64,000 bases of DNA, taken from assembly GCA_964230645.1 (NCBI GenBank), contig CAXRHT010000001.1, positions 544,001-608,000 on the forward strand, given 5' to 3'. Shown here in pieces: positions 39,538 through 48,701 of this stretch. Source of the stretch: Bdellovibrionales bacterium (GTDB lineage: Bacteria > Bdellovibrionota > Bdellovibrionia > Bdellovibrionales > JAGQZY01). The position numbers and the translations under genes were made by a program. Below the pieces are notes generated by a model. The model searched no databases. It saw nothing but the letters and a program-made list of their open reading frames with translations, and was not told the DNA's origin. Each line of letters opens with the position of its first letter. Position 1 is the stretch's first letter.

Positions 39538-39954
39538 CTAACATTTTTCACAACGCCCTTCCAAAACAACCGATCGCAATTCTTTTACAGGCTGGGAATA
39601 GGATTGCAGAACCATCTCAAGACTTTTATCCTCCGTAGGGCTCGCAAGAGTTTCATGACTTTGTCCACAGAGAAAGCATTTCACTAACACTCGCAGACTG
39701 TTTGAGTTTTTCGACGCGAGAGAGCTCACCACACATCGTCCGTCTTGAAACTTATGAACAAGGCCTATTTGCGCAAATTTATCCAAGTTCCTATAAACGG
39801 AAACTAAATCAACCTGCTGCCCCCGATCGAGAAGCTTCTCGTATAATTCTCGAGGCGAGAGGGCTTGTTCACACAGATGAAGTTCTTCGAAGATGACCTT
39901 TCTTTTAGGTGTGACTTTTAGATTGTTCTGCCTAAGGATTGTACTGATTTCCAT
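39538..39954 (-). CDS. Fur family metalloregulator (Zur-like)
   Basis: LKVTPKR..I, SVYRNL..F...GLV, CxxC (CFLC) and C-terminal CEKC. Confidence 0.85.
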   Translation of the reverse strand: MEISTILRQNNLKVTPKRKVIFEELHLCEQALSPRELYEKLLDRGQQVDLVSVYRNLDKFAQIGLVHKFQDGRCVVSSLASKNSNSLRVLVKCFLCGQSHETLASPTEDKSLEMVLQSYSQPVKELRSVVLEGRCEKC

Positions 39955-39962
39955 CTTTTATT

Positions 39963-40382
39963 TTAAATATCCGTTATCTTTTTTTTCAGCTTCTCGCAGG
40001 AAGAGAGCCCAATGTTAAGCAATTTAGGTTTTTGAGAAAGGATCAAGATTTGTGGTGTCGCCGCTCTAGAAATCCCCATTTCGCTCTGAATGTCTGAACT
40101 AACGTGGTAAGCGGGATAAGAAACTTTCATTTTCTGATACTCAGCCTTCAATGACTTTTCCCCACTAAAAGCTCCCAACAGTACCACTGGATACTTACTT
40201 TCTAGACAAGACAGTTGATGAACTTGCCTCTGACAGGCACTGCAATCGGCTTGGAAAACCAATGCTAATTTCGGTGTCTTAAAAAAGTCAGTAAGGGCTA
40301 CTGTATCAGCGTTATTTAAACTCTTAATATAAGAGGGTGAAGCGACCAAAAAAATTAGACCCAGTGAAAAAAATAATTTCAT
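39963..40382 (-). CDS. Exported thioredoxin-like protein
   Basis: Signal peptide, FQADCSAC (CxxC), ATPQ cis-Pro loop. Confidence 0.75.
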   Translation of the reverse strand: MKLFFSLGLIFLVASPSYIKSLNNADTVALTDFFKTPKLALVFQADCSACQRQVHQLSCLESKYPVVLLGAFSGEKSLKAEYQKMKVSYPAYHVSSDIQSEMGISRAATPQILILSQKPKLLNIGLSSCEKLKKKITDI

Positions 40383-41026
40383 AGTCGGCCTTTTTTCAGT
40401 TGATAGGCAATAGGAATGACAAATTCTTCATCATTGTCTAATTTCTCCGGCAGAGGTTTAAAACGCCCTAAACCTTTAAGAAGATCCACAGCGGCATTAT
40501 TTAGGATTTTAAAAGGAGAGGGAGAAATGACCTCCACCTCGCCAAATTCACCGTCGGTTTTTATTTTAAGTCGAATTTTCACAGTGCCACTTTGTCTTAG
40601 TCTTAAGGCCGTTCGGGGATAGCGCTTATTTTGCTCTAAATATAATTTGAGTTGTTGAACGTAAGAAGCCATCATTTTTTTTCCCTCTTGGCTTTTCAAA
40701 AATCGCTCTGTTTCACTCATCGAAGAAAGGGCATTGTCAGTTGATTCCTTTTCTGAAAGCGGGGCTTTCTCGATTGTCTTTGATGTCGATTTCGGTTTTA
40801 CCGATGGCTCTTGAGACAATAGCTTTTTTTTCACTTCTTTAGGTTTCTTTGCTGGTGGTTCCTTATAGCTTAGTTCATCACTTGAGGACTGAGGTTCATT
40901 AGCGGGAACATAGAGTTCCACCACCACATTTGTGGGTGTTTGGGACATGAAACTGGAGCTTTGCCTATAAAAGACAAAAGCCAGCAGAAGGCCATGCAGT
41001 AAAAAACTCACTAAAAAATATCTCAC
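40379..41026 (-). CDS. tonB: Energy transducer TonB
   Basis: S.LLHG TM anchor, Pro/Lys-rich linker, YP..A.....SG.V, S....L..AA, IP..Y.L; GTG at 41026 follows AAGGA. Confidence 0.85.
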   Translation of the reverse strand: MRYFLVSFLLHGLLLAFVFYRQSSSFMSQTPTNVVVELYVPANEPQSSSDELSYKEPPAKKPKEVKKKLLSQEPSVKPKSTSKTIEKAPLSEKESTDNALSSMSETERFLKSQEGKKMMASYVQQLKLYLEQNKRYPRTALRLRQSGTVKIRLKIKTDGEFGEVEVISPSPFKILNNAAVDLLKGLGRFKPLPEKLDNDEEFVIPIAYQLKKGRL

Positions 41027-41041
41027 CAAAAATTCCTTGCT

Positions 41042-41097
41042 AATGCGAATTATTTGCAATATACACTATCCTGTCGTTAATGCAAGTTTTTTGCATT
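41042..41097. promoter_or_regulatory. Two 19-bp palindromic operators (Zur/Mur-like ATGCAA-N5-TTGCAT)
   Basis: AATGCGAATTATTTGCAAT (41042-41060) and the perfect 7-5-7 repeat AATGCAAGTTTTTTGCATT (41079-41097) in the divergent promoter region. Confidence 0.7.
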
Positions 41098-41128
41098 TAC
41101 ATAAAAGTTTTTGCTATAAGGAGAATTT

Positions 41129-41920
41129 ATGAATCATTTTAAATATTTATTAAAAGTGTTCAGCTTGTGCTTTTTACTATCGACCACGGCTTGCGCTGAC
41201 AGTCCTGAGAGTCCCGTGTCTGGTACTAGCGGTGATAACTCGCAACAAGAAGAAGGACAAGGTCAAGAGACCAGTGAAAACTTAACTGCTATGGCTGTAA
41301 AGTACGAAGGCAGAGACACTCAAGGTCGAACTTGCGACTTTTTCGTAACCATCATGGAAGAAGAAGGTGACCATTCAGCCCATGCTCATAGTCTTGCTCT
41401 AAAGATGAACTACACAACTCTAGACGGACATAAACCTCATGCTGGTGAAGCTCAGTTTTATCTCTATGATAGCTCAAACGGAACTTATTACCCAGAAGAT
41501 TCAAACAAACCAAACACAACCCTGTCTTTACTTTCAGTCTCCTTAAAAGATCCAGACCTTGTTGCAGATCCAAACCTTATTAATGATTACATTGCCAATG
41601 TTGAGCTTGATCAATACCTACGCGTTGAGTTTAACCAAAATGCCGATGTTGAGCTTTTTGAAGAAGCTCTCGAATCCGTCTTAGCTGGGGGGACGACTCT
41701 TGAACAAAACCTCGATGTGTTCAGCTCCGTTCAATTGCTCAGTATGGGTACAGCCCATGGTGACCATTATCACTTTCCTGCTTGCTTGAATTTTGCTCCC
41801 GTCAGTGTAGAGGAAACTCTTTTTGAATTGGCTGGACATGATCATGATGAAGAAGAAGATCATGACCTCGAAGAGGACCATGACCATGATAACGATCACG
41901 ATCACGACCACGGACACTAG
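41129..41920 (+). CDS. Acidic lipoprotein with His/Asp-rich C-terminal tail (putative metal-capture protein)
   Basis: AAGGAG RBS, lipobox-like STTAC, HSAHAH, AHGDHYH, tail GHDHDEEEDHDLEEDHDHDNDHDHDHGH. Confidence 0.75.
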   Translation: MNHFKYLLKVFSLCFLLSTTACADSPESPVSGTSGDNSQQEEGQGQETSENLTAMAVKYEGRDTQGRTCDFFVTIMEEEGDHSAHAHSLALKMNYTTLDGHKPHAGEAQFYLYDSSNGTYYPEDSNKPNTTLSLLSVSLKDPDLVADPNLINDYIANVELDQYLRVEFNQNADVELFEEALESVLAGGTTLEQNLDVFSSVQLLSMGTAHGDHYHFPACLNFAPVSVEETLFELAGHDHDEEEDHDLEEDHDHDNDHDHDHGH

Positions 41921-41926
41921 AAATCT

Positions 41927-44047
41927 ATGAATTCGCGTTGGGTGTTGGTTTTATTATCTGTGTTTCAATTTTCTTCAGTTCTACTGGCTGAAGAAAGTGT
42001 TCCCACTGTTGTGATTGAATCAGAGGGGGAAATGACTTCCCCTCTGAACCCCTACTCGACTTATAAGACTGAAAAAGTGTCCGAGCAGAAGTTCACCCAA
42101 CCCGATCGTCAATCTGTTGCCGATCTTGTTAAAGACCAAGTGGGTGTCGAAGCTCAAACCTATTGCTCCAATTGTGGAGCGAAAAGACTCACCATCAATG
42201 GATTAAAAGGTGAGCACACCTCAATTCTTGTCGATGGCCTCCCCTTACACTCGGCTGTTTCCAGTTTTTATGGTGTCGACAGTATTCCAGTAAATGGCCT
42301 CGAGCAGATTGATGTGATGCGCGGGACTGGGGCTTCCATGACCAATCCTGAAGCCATCGGAGGGACTCTCGATCTCATCACAGTCAACCCTCTTATCCCA
42401 AAGCAAGTTTACAGCACTTCACTGAGTGTAAACGATGAGCTTGAAGGCACGGCCCAGAATCACTCTGCCCTTGTTTCTTTACCAACAAACAATAAAAAAT
42501 TTGGTATTAGTTTTGGAGGGCAATGGACTCAATCCAATCCATGGGATGAAGACGAAAATGGAATTGCCGAATCCCCTCTTAGGGAAAACCTCAGTGGGAT
42601 TTTGAAAACTCGCTTTTTACCGAATGCCAACAACGATTTTCAAATTAGACTTGGAGCCTCGGATCTCACCATTTTAGGAGGCCCGGTTAATGCCTCAAAA
42701 CCCAATCAAGTTCGCCCCATTCCCGCCCAGGAATCAGACTTCGTGGATGGAAGTGTTGAAAAGAAGTTTATTGGTGATCCTTTGCAAGTGACAGATTGGA
42801 TTTCATTGAAGAGATACGAAGGGGCCTTTCATTGGACTTCTTACCTATCCCAATCAATGACTCTTTCCTGGAACTCAGGATATGCCCGTCAGGAACAAAG
42901 AGCCATTTACCAACATGGCTTTGATTACGCACACAACGACAATCTTTTCGTCTCAGACCTAAGTTTGCAGTGGCTAATGAGTGATTCTCATATTTTAAAA
43001 ACAGGTCTCTTTCATAAAACCCAGAGGTTAAGATCTGCCTCCGAAGTCCTATTTGAACAAGATGGAATCCCAAAAGATAATTTTGATAACACATCTTATG
43101 CGACTTACTTTAAATACAGCTATCTCCACTCCCACTCTCTTGAAATGGACTTTGCTTTAAGGCTTGATCAGGTTCAAATAAATTGGACAGATCTCTCTAA
43201 CAAGATCAATGAACTTGTCGCAGCCCCTCGCTATCAGATTCGGCATGAATTCAACGAGCATCTCTCTCAACGTTTCTCTTATGGACTGGGCTACCGGGCC
43301 CCACTGACTTTTTTCGAATCCCAGCATGGTAATAACGAACATGGCTACCAGGTTGATATTACCGACCTTGAGAAAGCTCATTCCTTTGTTTACTCCCTCA
43401 GCTACAACACGCCCACCTACTATATTACCGGGGGCGTTCATTACACCAAGCTTGAAAATATGGCCTATGGTTTTGAGTCGGAAGGACAGCCTATTTTTTA
43501 TCGCAACACTTCTGAGACCTACGATATTTGGACCAATGATTTGCTATTAGGCTACCAGGTACAACCCTGGTGGATGATTGAGGGAAGCATCGAGTTTTTT
43601 ACCTACGAAAACGGTTACACCCAAAAGTTACCTACAGCAGCCATCGAAAGACGCTTTCAATTACAGTCAAATATCGACACGGGCACTTGGAGGCACAATT
43701 TTTCAGCCACATTCGTAGGCTCAAGAGATTTGTCTCGCTACGGACAGTACAGTAATTATTATGTGGATCGAAATCAGTTCCCCCCCCCGGAACAAAGGGG
43801 CGATGAACTCAAGGATCAAAAAGCTCCGGGCTATCTCGTGTTATCCACTTCCCTTACCTATGTTTTGAGCGGAGATTACCTTTTCAGCCTCGGTATTAAC
43901 AATCTTCTCAACGAAACGCAGGTGGCCTATCAAGACAACCCTTCCTCTTGGCATTGGCACTTCGACCACGCCCATTTCGACGGACTTCATACTTGGGGCC
44001 CCAATCGAGGCCGAGAGTACTATTTTAAGTTTTCAACACAATTCTAA
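41927..44047 (+). CDS. TonB-dependent receptor with a CxxC plug motif (probable metal uptake)
   Basis: YCSNCG in plug, IDVMRG.GAS..., C-terminal WHWHFDHAHFDGLH, terminal Phe. Confidence 0.88.
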   Translation: MNSRWVLVLLSVFQFSSVLLAEESVPTVVIESEGEMTSPLNPYSTYKTEKVSEQKFTQPDRQSVADLVKDQVGVEAQTYCSNCGAKRLTINGLKGEHTSILVDGLPLHSAVSSFYGVDSIPVNGLEQIDVMRGTGASMTNPEAIGGTLDLITVNPLIPKQVYSTSLSVNDELEGTAQNHSALVSLPTNNKKFGISFGGQWTQSNPWDEDENGIAESPLRENLSGILKTRFLPNANNDFQIRLGASDLTILGGPVNASKPNQVRPIPAQESDFVDGSVEKKFIGDPLQVTDWISLKRYEGAFHWTSYLSQSMTLSWNSGYARQEQRAIYQHGFDYAHNDNLFVSDLSLQWLMSDSHILKTGLFHKTQRLRSASEVLFEQDGIPKDNFDNTSYATYFKYSYLHSHSLEMDFALRLDQVQINWTDLSNKINELVAAPRYQIRHEFNEHLSQRFSYGLGYRAPLTFFESQHGNNEHGYQVDITDLEKAHSFVYSLSYNTPTYYITGGVHYTKLENMAYGFESEGQPIFYRNTSETYDIWTNDLLLGYQVQPWWMIEGSIEFFTYENGYTQKLPTAAIERRFQLQSNIDTGTWRHNFSATFVGSRDLSRYGQYSNYYVDRNQFPPPEQRGDELKDQKAPGYLVLSTSLTYVLSGDYLFSLGINNLLNETQVAYQDNPSSWHWHFDHAHFDGLHTWGPNRGREYYFKFSTQF

Positions 44048-44195
44048 GAGCGGTTTCCCCTTTCTTTTCAAAATTCACTAAAAATCACTTCCTTAGATCC
44101 AAAGAACTGAGTTTTCTCAAAATCTAAACATTTGGATAATGATAAATCGATAAATTTTGTTAATTTATCATCGTCATAAAAGGAGAGGTGAAACC

Positions 44196-45233
44196 GTGAG
44201 TGACTATGGAAACCGAAATATTTTCGTCATTGGAGGCTCAGCGGGCTCTATCACAAGTCTCAGAGCTATTTTTAGCCAAATCAAAGCTGATTTTGAGGGA
44301 ACCATACTTGTAGCCATCCATCTTCACCCTCACTTGCGTTCTCATTTAGATAGGGTTCTTGCGGAAAAGTCAGAAATTCCCATCGAATTAGCCACCCACG
44401 GAAAAACTCTGGAAAAAGGAAAGGCCTATCTCTGTGTTCCAAACCGTCATATTCTAGTGGATGAAGAAAAAATCATTCTCACCAATGGGCCTAGGGAAAA
44501 TCGTGTTAAACCTGCGATCGACCCACTTTTCAGGTCCGCAGCTTTTTATCATCGCTCTAAAACAACGGGCATCATTCTTAGTGGAACACTCGATGATGGC
44601 TCAGCCGGTCTTCTTGCCGTCAAAGATTGCGGAGGTTTATCGATTGTCGAAGACCCTGAAACCGCACAGTTTAAAGAAATGCCTAAGAACGCCAAAGCCA
44701 TAGCCTCAATTGATCACATCGCCTCCCCTGAGGAAATAGGCCAACTTATTTACGAAATCTCGCGATCCCCAGCACCGGCTCCCCCCAAACATATTCCTGA
44801 GAACTTAGAAGCGGAAGTCAAAATTTCTATTCGCTCCCAAAGTGATATCGATCTACAGAATGAATTGGGAAATCAGGTTCCCTACATTTGCCCTGAGTGC
44901 AGTGGGCCCTTATGGGAAATGAAAGAAAAAAGGCAAAAACGTTACCGCTGCCACACAGGTCACGCCTATTCCCTAAAAAATTTGGCAGCTGGGCAAGAAG
45001 AGGCTTTAGAAGAGTCCCTCTGGGCCGCCCTTCGGACCCTTGAAGAAAAAGCAAGAACTCTTAAAACTATCTCGAAAGAGGCAAAACGAGAGTTGGACGA
45101 CGATATGGCCACTCACTATGAACATCAGTCAGAATCACTTTATCAACAAACCGAACATCTCAGAAACTTTCTTCTCGATTTCGAAAATCGGTTTGGGAAA
45201 GATCCTGTCTTAGAACAAGAAGCGGGTGAATAA
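44196..45233 (+). CDS. cheB: Stand-alone CheB-like methylesterase with C-terminal Cys/His domain
   Basis: GGSAG, IH and LSG.LDDG catalytic S/H/D, P.IDPLFRS, CPECSG...YRCHTGH; no receiver domain. GTG at 44196. Confidence 0.85.
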   Translation: MSDYGNRNIFVIGGSAGSITSLRAIFSQIKADFEGTILVAIHLHPHLRSHLDRVLAEKSEIPIELATHGKTLEKGKAYLCVPNRHILVDEEKIILTNGPRENRVKPAIDPLFRSAAFYHRSKTTGIILSGTLDDGSAGLLAVKDCGGLSIVEDPETAQFKEMPKNAKAIASIDHIASPEEIGQLIYEISRSPAPAPPKHIPENLEAEVKISIRSQSDIDLQNELGNQVPYICPECSGPLWEMKEKRQKRYRCHTGHAYSLKNLAAGQEEALEESLWAALRTLEEKARTLKTISKEAKRELDDDMATHYEHQSESLYQQTEHLRNFLLDFENRFGKDPVLEQEAGE

Positions 45234-46155
45234 AAAAATGGATCGACGAGTTTTTCTTGAAAGGTCTGGAGCTTTAACACTTTCCTTCTATGCACCTTCT
45301 CTCCTAGCAAAACCCGAGAAAAGTCCCTCATTTGTTGAAAAAACTATACCATCCACAAACCAAAAAATTGCGGCCATTGGGATGGGCACCTGGATCACTT
45401 TTAATGTTGGCTCTGACCTCTCCCTAAGAAAAGACAGAACAGAGGTTCTTAAAAAGTTTTTCGGAAAAGGAGGCCAACTTATTGATTCCTCCCCCATGTA
45501 TGGCTCTTCCCAAGAAGTTTTAGGCTTTGGTTTAAAACAACTGGGTTTTCCTAAAAAGCTAATAGCAGCGGACAAAATTTGGACCGAAGAAAAAAGTGAG
45601 GGCCCTGAACAATTTAAAGACATGCAAAAAGATTGGAACATCAAACAATTTGGAGTTCTTCAGGTCCATAATTTGGTGAACTGGCAAGCCCACCTTCCCT
45701 TTATGAGAGAACTTAAAAAGCAGGGAAAGGTAAAATACATTGGGGTTACCACCTCTCATGGTCGAAGACACTCTGAGCTCAAAGAAATTCTTAAAAAAGA
45801 GCCTCTAGACTTCGTACAATTAACATACAACATCACCCACCGAGAGGTTGAAAAAGATATACTTCCTTTAGCGCGGGAGAAAAAAATAGCCGTTATTGCC
45901 AATCGCCCCCTTAATGGTGGTCGGCTGATGGATCAATTCCAAACCAAAAAACTTCCCTCGTGGTGCTCGGAATTGGAAATCACATGCTGGTCGCAATATT
46001 TTCTGAAATTTATTATTTCTCATCCCGCTTTGACTTGCGCTATTCCGGCTACCTCTAAAGTCGCTCACATGGAAGAAAATATGGGAGCTTGCTACGGTCC
46101 CCTTCCCGACCAAAAAACAAGAGAAAAAATGATAACCTATATAGCGAGTTTATGA
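45226..46155 (+). CDS. Aldo/keto reductase with Tat-like signal
   Basis: MDRRVFL, IGMGTW, IDSSPMYG, QVHN, YIGVT, IPATS...H..EN motifs. Confidence 0.88.
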   Translation: MNKKMDRRVFLERSGALTLSFYAPSLLAKPEKSPSFVEKTIPSTNQKIAAIGMGTWITFNVGSDLSLRKDRTEVLKKFFGKGGQLIDSSPMYGSSQEVLGFGLKQLGFPKKLIAADKIWTEEKSEGPEQFKDMQKDWNIKQFGVLQVHNLVNWQAHLPFMRELKKQGKVKYIGVTTSHGRRHSELKEILKKEPLDFVQLTYNITHREVEKDILPLAREKKIAVIANRPLNGGRLMDQFQTKKLPSWCSELEITCWSQYFLKFIISHPALTCAIPATSKVAHMEENMGACYGPLPDQKTREKMITYIASL

Positions 46156-46736
46156 TCTCTGATTTAACAAGTTACTCTCTTACTGATTTCATCCCCTTTT
46201 CTCAAGAAGTCCTCGTCAGTCTTTTTAGACGCTACAACGAATCTTTGTGGCCTTCTCAACTTTTAATTCTTTTTATTTTTCTCTTTTTTCTTTTGACCAA
46301 AACCCACCACAAAAAGATTTTCTTAGTTCCTCTGGCTCTATCTTGGGCTTTCATTGGGTATATTTTTCATTTAAAATTTTTAGAAAACATACTCTGGGCC
46401 GGAAACCTGACCGGATGGTTATTCTTCATGGAGGCCTTGGTTTTATCATGTCTGATTTTTATGAATAGTCTCAAGAGACACAAACCAATATCTATTTTCA
46501 TGCGCTTTGGAATGGCTTTGCTTTGGGCCTCAATTCTTTTCCCCCTAAGTTACCTTCAACCAATTTCCAGTAAGCAAATACTACTATTAGGGTGGGACCC
46601 CACCGCCACCTCATTGGCCACACTGGGGGTTTTACTGAGCTCTTACAAACGCGTTTATATCTTTATCGGTTCATTCATTCCCATCATATGGCTGGGTCTT
46701 GTTGTTGTTTTAAACTTTCACTTTGTTAATTCATAA
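46152..46736 (+). CDS. Membrane protein (DUF6064-like)
   Basis: YSL.DF.PFS, YN..LWP.Q, DPT..ATLG motifs and about 6 TM segments; ATGA overlap with the AKR gene. Confidence 0.65.
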   Translation: MISDLTSYSLTDFIPFSQEVLVSLFRRYNESLWPSQLLILFIFLFFLLTKTHHKKIFLVPLALSWAFIGYIFHLKFLENILWAGNLTGWLFFMEALVLSCLIFMNSLKRHKPISIFMRFGMALLWASILFPLSYLQPISSKQILLLGWDPTATSLATLGVLLSSYKRVYIFIGSFIPIIWLGLVVVLNFHFVNS

Positions 46737-46771
46737 TTTTAAGGAATTGACGGGAAAGGAGAGAGGAAAAA

Positions 46772-47977
46772 ATGGAAAGCTTTTTTAACTTATGGGCAAA
46801 GTCTGCAATGACCTCTTTGGGTCTTTTCTGGATGGCCTTTTGGGCCTTTGGCTTGGGATATGTCATTAGTAGTATGATACAAGTCTTTGTCACAAAACAA
46901 AGAATGAAAAAGACGATGGGAGAGGCTGGCATTAAAAGTGTCGGCCTTGGCACTTTTTTCGGTTTTATCTCTAGCTCTTGCTCTTTTGCAGCCCTTTCCA
47001 CCACTCGAGCGCTTTTCGCAAAAGGAGCCGGTCTTGTGCCCTCCTTGGCCTTTCTCCTAGCGTCCACCAACTTAGTGGTTGAACTTGGAATTATTATTTC
47101 CATATTCCTCTCTTGGCAGTTCGTGGTGGGAGAGTATCTGGGTGGTCTTCTACTCATTCTTTTAATGGCCATTATAGTAAAATTGACTCTGCCTCAAAAA
47201 TTAGAGGAAAACGCCCGAGAAAATGCTCAAGAAAGTGAAGGAGATAAAGAAGACGACAAGGACGCTCCCGACTGGAAAAAATTAATAAGAAGTAAAGAGG
47301 GATGGCTTAAAGTTTCTCAAAAATATGTCATGGAATGGCTTATGGTATGGAAGGATGTTTCCATAGGCTTTACCGTTGCCGGAATCATTGCCGCGTTTGT
47401 TCCGAAGACCTTTTTTGAAGCTCTCTTTGTCGGCGCTGGTTCAAAAGATCCTGCTTTTTTTGAAATCCTCCTACAAACCTTTGTCGGTCCAGTGGCTGCT
47501 TTTTTTACTTTTATAGGCTCAATGGGTAATATTCCACTGGCCGCCGTGCTCTTTTCTAACGGCGTCAGCTTTGCCGGAATCATGGCTTTTATCTTTAGTG
47601 ACTTAGTCGTCTTTCCTGTTCTGCGCATTCAAGCCAAGTACTACGGATGGAAAATGGCTCTCTATATTTTAGGAGTTTTTCTTATTATTTTGGTGGGCTC
47701 CTCGTTGATAATGCATATGGGATTTTCATTTTTCGATTTCCTCCCTGATTCCGATTCAGCGAAAAAAGTCACTGACCGAGAGTTTTTCAAGATTGATTAT
47801 ACTTTCTTTCTTAATATTCTCTTTTTAGCTCTCTCGGGATTGGCAGTTTTCTTACACCTAAGAAATAAAGACGGTAGCGGAGGCAGCGTTAGTATGAGTG
47901 AGAAAATTCTTTTCTGGTGCGCTATGCTCGCTTACCTGTGGCTTTCAGGGGGAGTACTAGTGAAATTGTTTTTTTGA
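46772..47977 (+). CDS. DUF318/ArsP-like permease
   Basis: SSSCSFAA, ASTNLV.ELG, F.GSMGNIPLA, FIFSDL motifs. Confidence 0.8.
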   Translation: MESFFNLWAKSAMTSLGLFWMAFWAFGLGYVISSMIQVFVTKQRMKKTMGEAGIKSVGLGTFFGFISSSCSFAALSTTRALFAKGAGLVPSLAFLLASTNLVVELGIIISIFLSWQFVVGEYLGGLLLILLMAIIVKLTLPQKLEENARENAQESEGDKEDDKDAPDWKKLIRSKEGWLKVSQKYVMEWLMVWKDVSIGFTVAGIIAAFVPKTFFEALFVGAGSKDPAFFEILLQTFVGPVAAFFTFIGSMGNIPLAAVLFSNGVSFAGIMAFIFSDLVVFPVLRIQAKYYGWKMALYILGVFLIILVGSSLIMHMGFSFFDFLPDSDSAKKVTDREFFKIDYTFFLNILFLALSGLAVFLHLRNKDGSGGSVSMSEKILFWCAMLAYLWLSGGVLVKLFF

Positions 47978-48007
47978 ATTGAATCTGAATTTAAGAATTT
48001 GGCATAA

Positions 48008-48066
48008 GTCGCCTATTATAGATATCTGATATCAAACTATCGGATATCTGAAGTTTTGGGGGCGAC
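48008..48066. repeat. Long imperfect hairpin with GTC/GAC ends
   Basis: GTCGCCT...GGGCGAC outer stem enclosing AGATATCTGATA-N6-TATCGGATATCT. Confidence 0.6.
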
Positions 48067-48075
48067 ATGGAAAAC

Positions 48076-48231
48076 TTAGATCCTTCGCTTCGCTCAGGAT
48101 GACAACTACTTCAATCAGAGTGACAAATACGTCGCTCGGGATGACAACTACCTCAATCAGAGTGACAAATACGTCGCTCGGGACGACAACTACCTCAATC
48201 AGAGTGACAAATACGTCGCTCGGGACGACAA
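48076..48231. repeat. REP-like half-palindrome plus 42-bp tandem repeat (3.4 copies)
   Basis: TTAGATCCTTCGCTTCGCTCAGGATGAC (48076-48103, same family as 12469-12496). Unit TCGCTCRGGAYGACAACTACYTCAATCAGAGTGACAAATACG at 48090, 48132 and 48174, partial at 48216. Confidence 0.9.
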
Positions 48232-48333
48232 GTAAGGGGACGACGAATAATGGAGGCGGCCCGCGCCGCCGACGACATTAGACAACTTTAAGAAAATGGG
48301 AAATGTAAATGACCAGAAATGGTGAATTAAAGT

Positions 48334-48410
48334 TGGTCGGCCCGACTGGATTTGAACCAGCGACCTCCACCACCCCAAGGTGGCGCGCTACCAGGCTGCG
48401 CCACGGGCCG
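48334..48410 (-). tRNA. tRNA-Pro (GGG)
   Basis: CGGCCCG acceptor stem, anticodon arm CCACC-TTGGGGT-GGTGG, GGTTCAAATCC T-loop, encoded CCA; 77 nt. Confidence 0.97.
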
Positions 48411-48701
48411 ACGTGAAAGGTGATTGGACCTTTTTCGTAAAAATCCCTAGTAAAGTCAATGGTTTTACCTCTGGCCTCCCCAGCTAGCTTATATTTCAGG
48501 CAAAACAATTGCCCCTCCCTCTCTTTTGCAAAAACCTTATCTGATTTCAGCTATTTGAAGTTCCTTAAAATTGTAAACCTCTTAGACAGACTGGACTCTC
48601 TGCCAGTTTAAACTCTTCTTAGGACTTAAAATAGGGGTGAAACCTTATCATCGTCTCAATCCCGGCCGATAACATAGACGAACTCAATTTTCGGAGGCCT
48701 C

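Noticed and set aside
43780..43788. C9 tract in the TonB-dependent receptor as a phase-variation switch
   Set aside because: In frame (F-P-P-P) and explicable by proline codons; cannot be supported without reads.
48076..48231. Possible CRISPR array
   Set aside because: The intervening sequences are identical tandem units, not unique spacers, and no cas genes are in the window.
48099..48281. 60-aa ORF MTTTSIRVTNTSLG repeated
   Set aside because: Translation artefact of the 42-bp repeat (a multiple of 3); no convincing evidence of coding.
14720..48334. Genomic island integrated at the tRNA-Pro 3' end
   Set aside because: No integrase or transposase, and I found no duplicated tRNA 3' end in the window; accessory gene content alone is insufficient.
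48278..48508. 76-aa minus-strand ORF
   Set aside because: It overlaps and translates the tRNA-Pro gene (WRSLVARHLGVVEVAGSNP is typical tRNA read-through).
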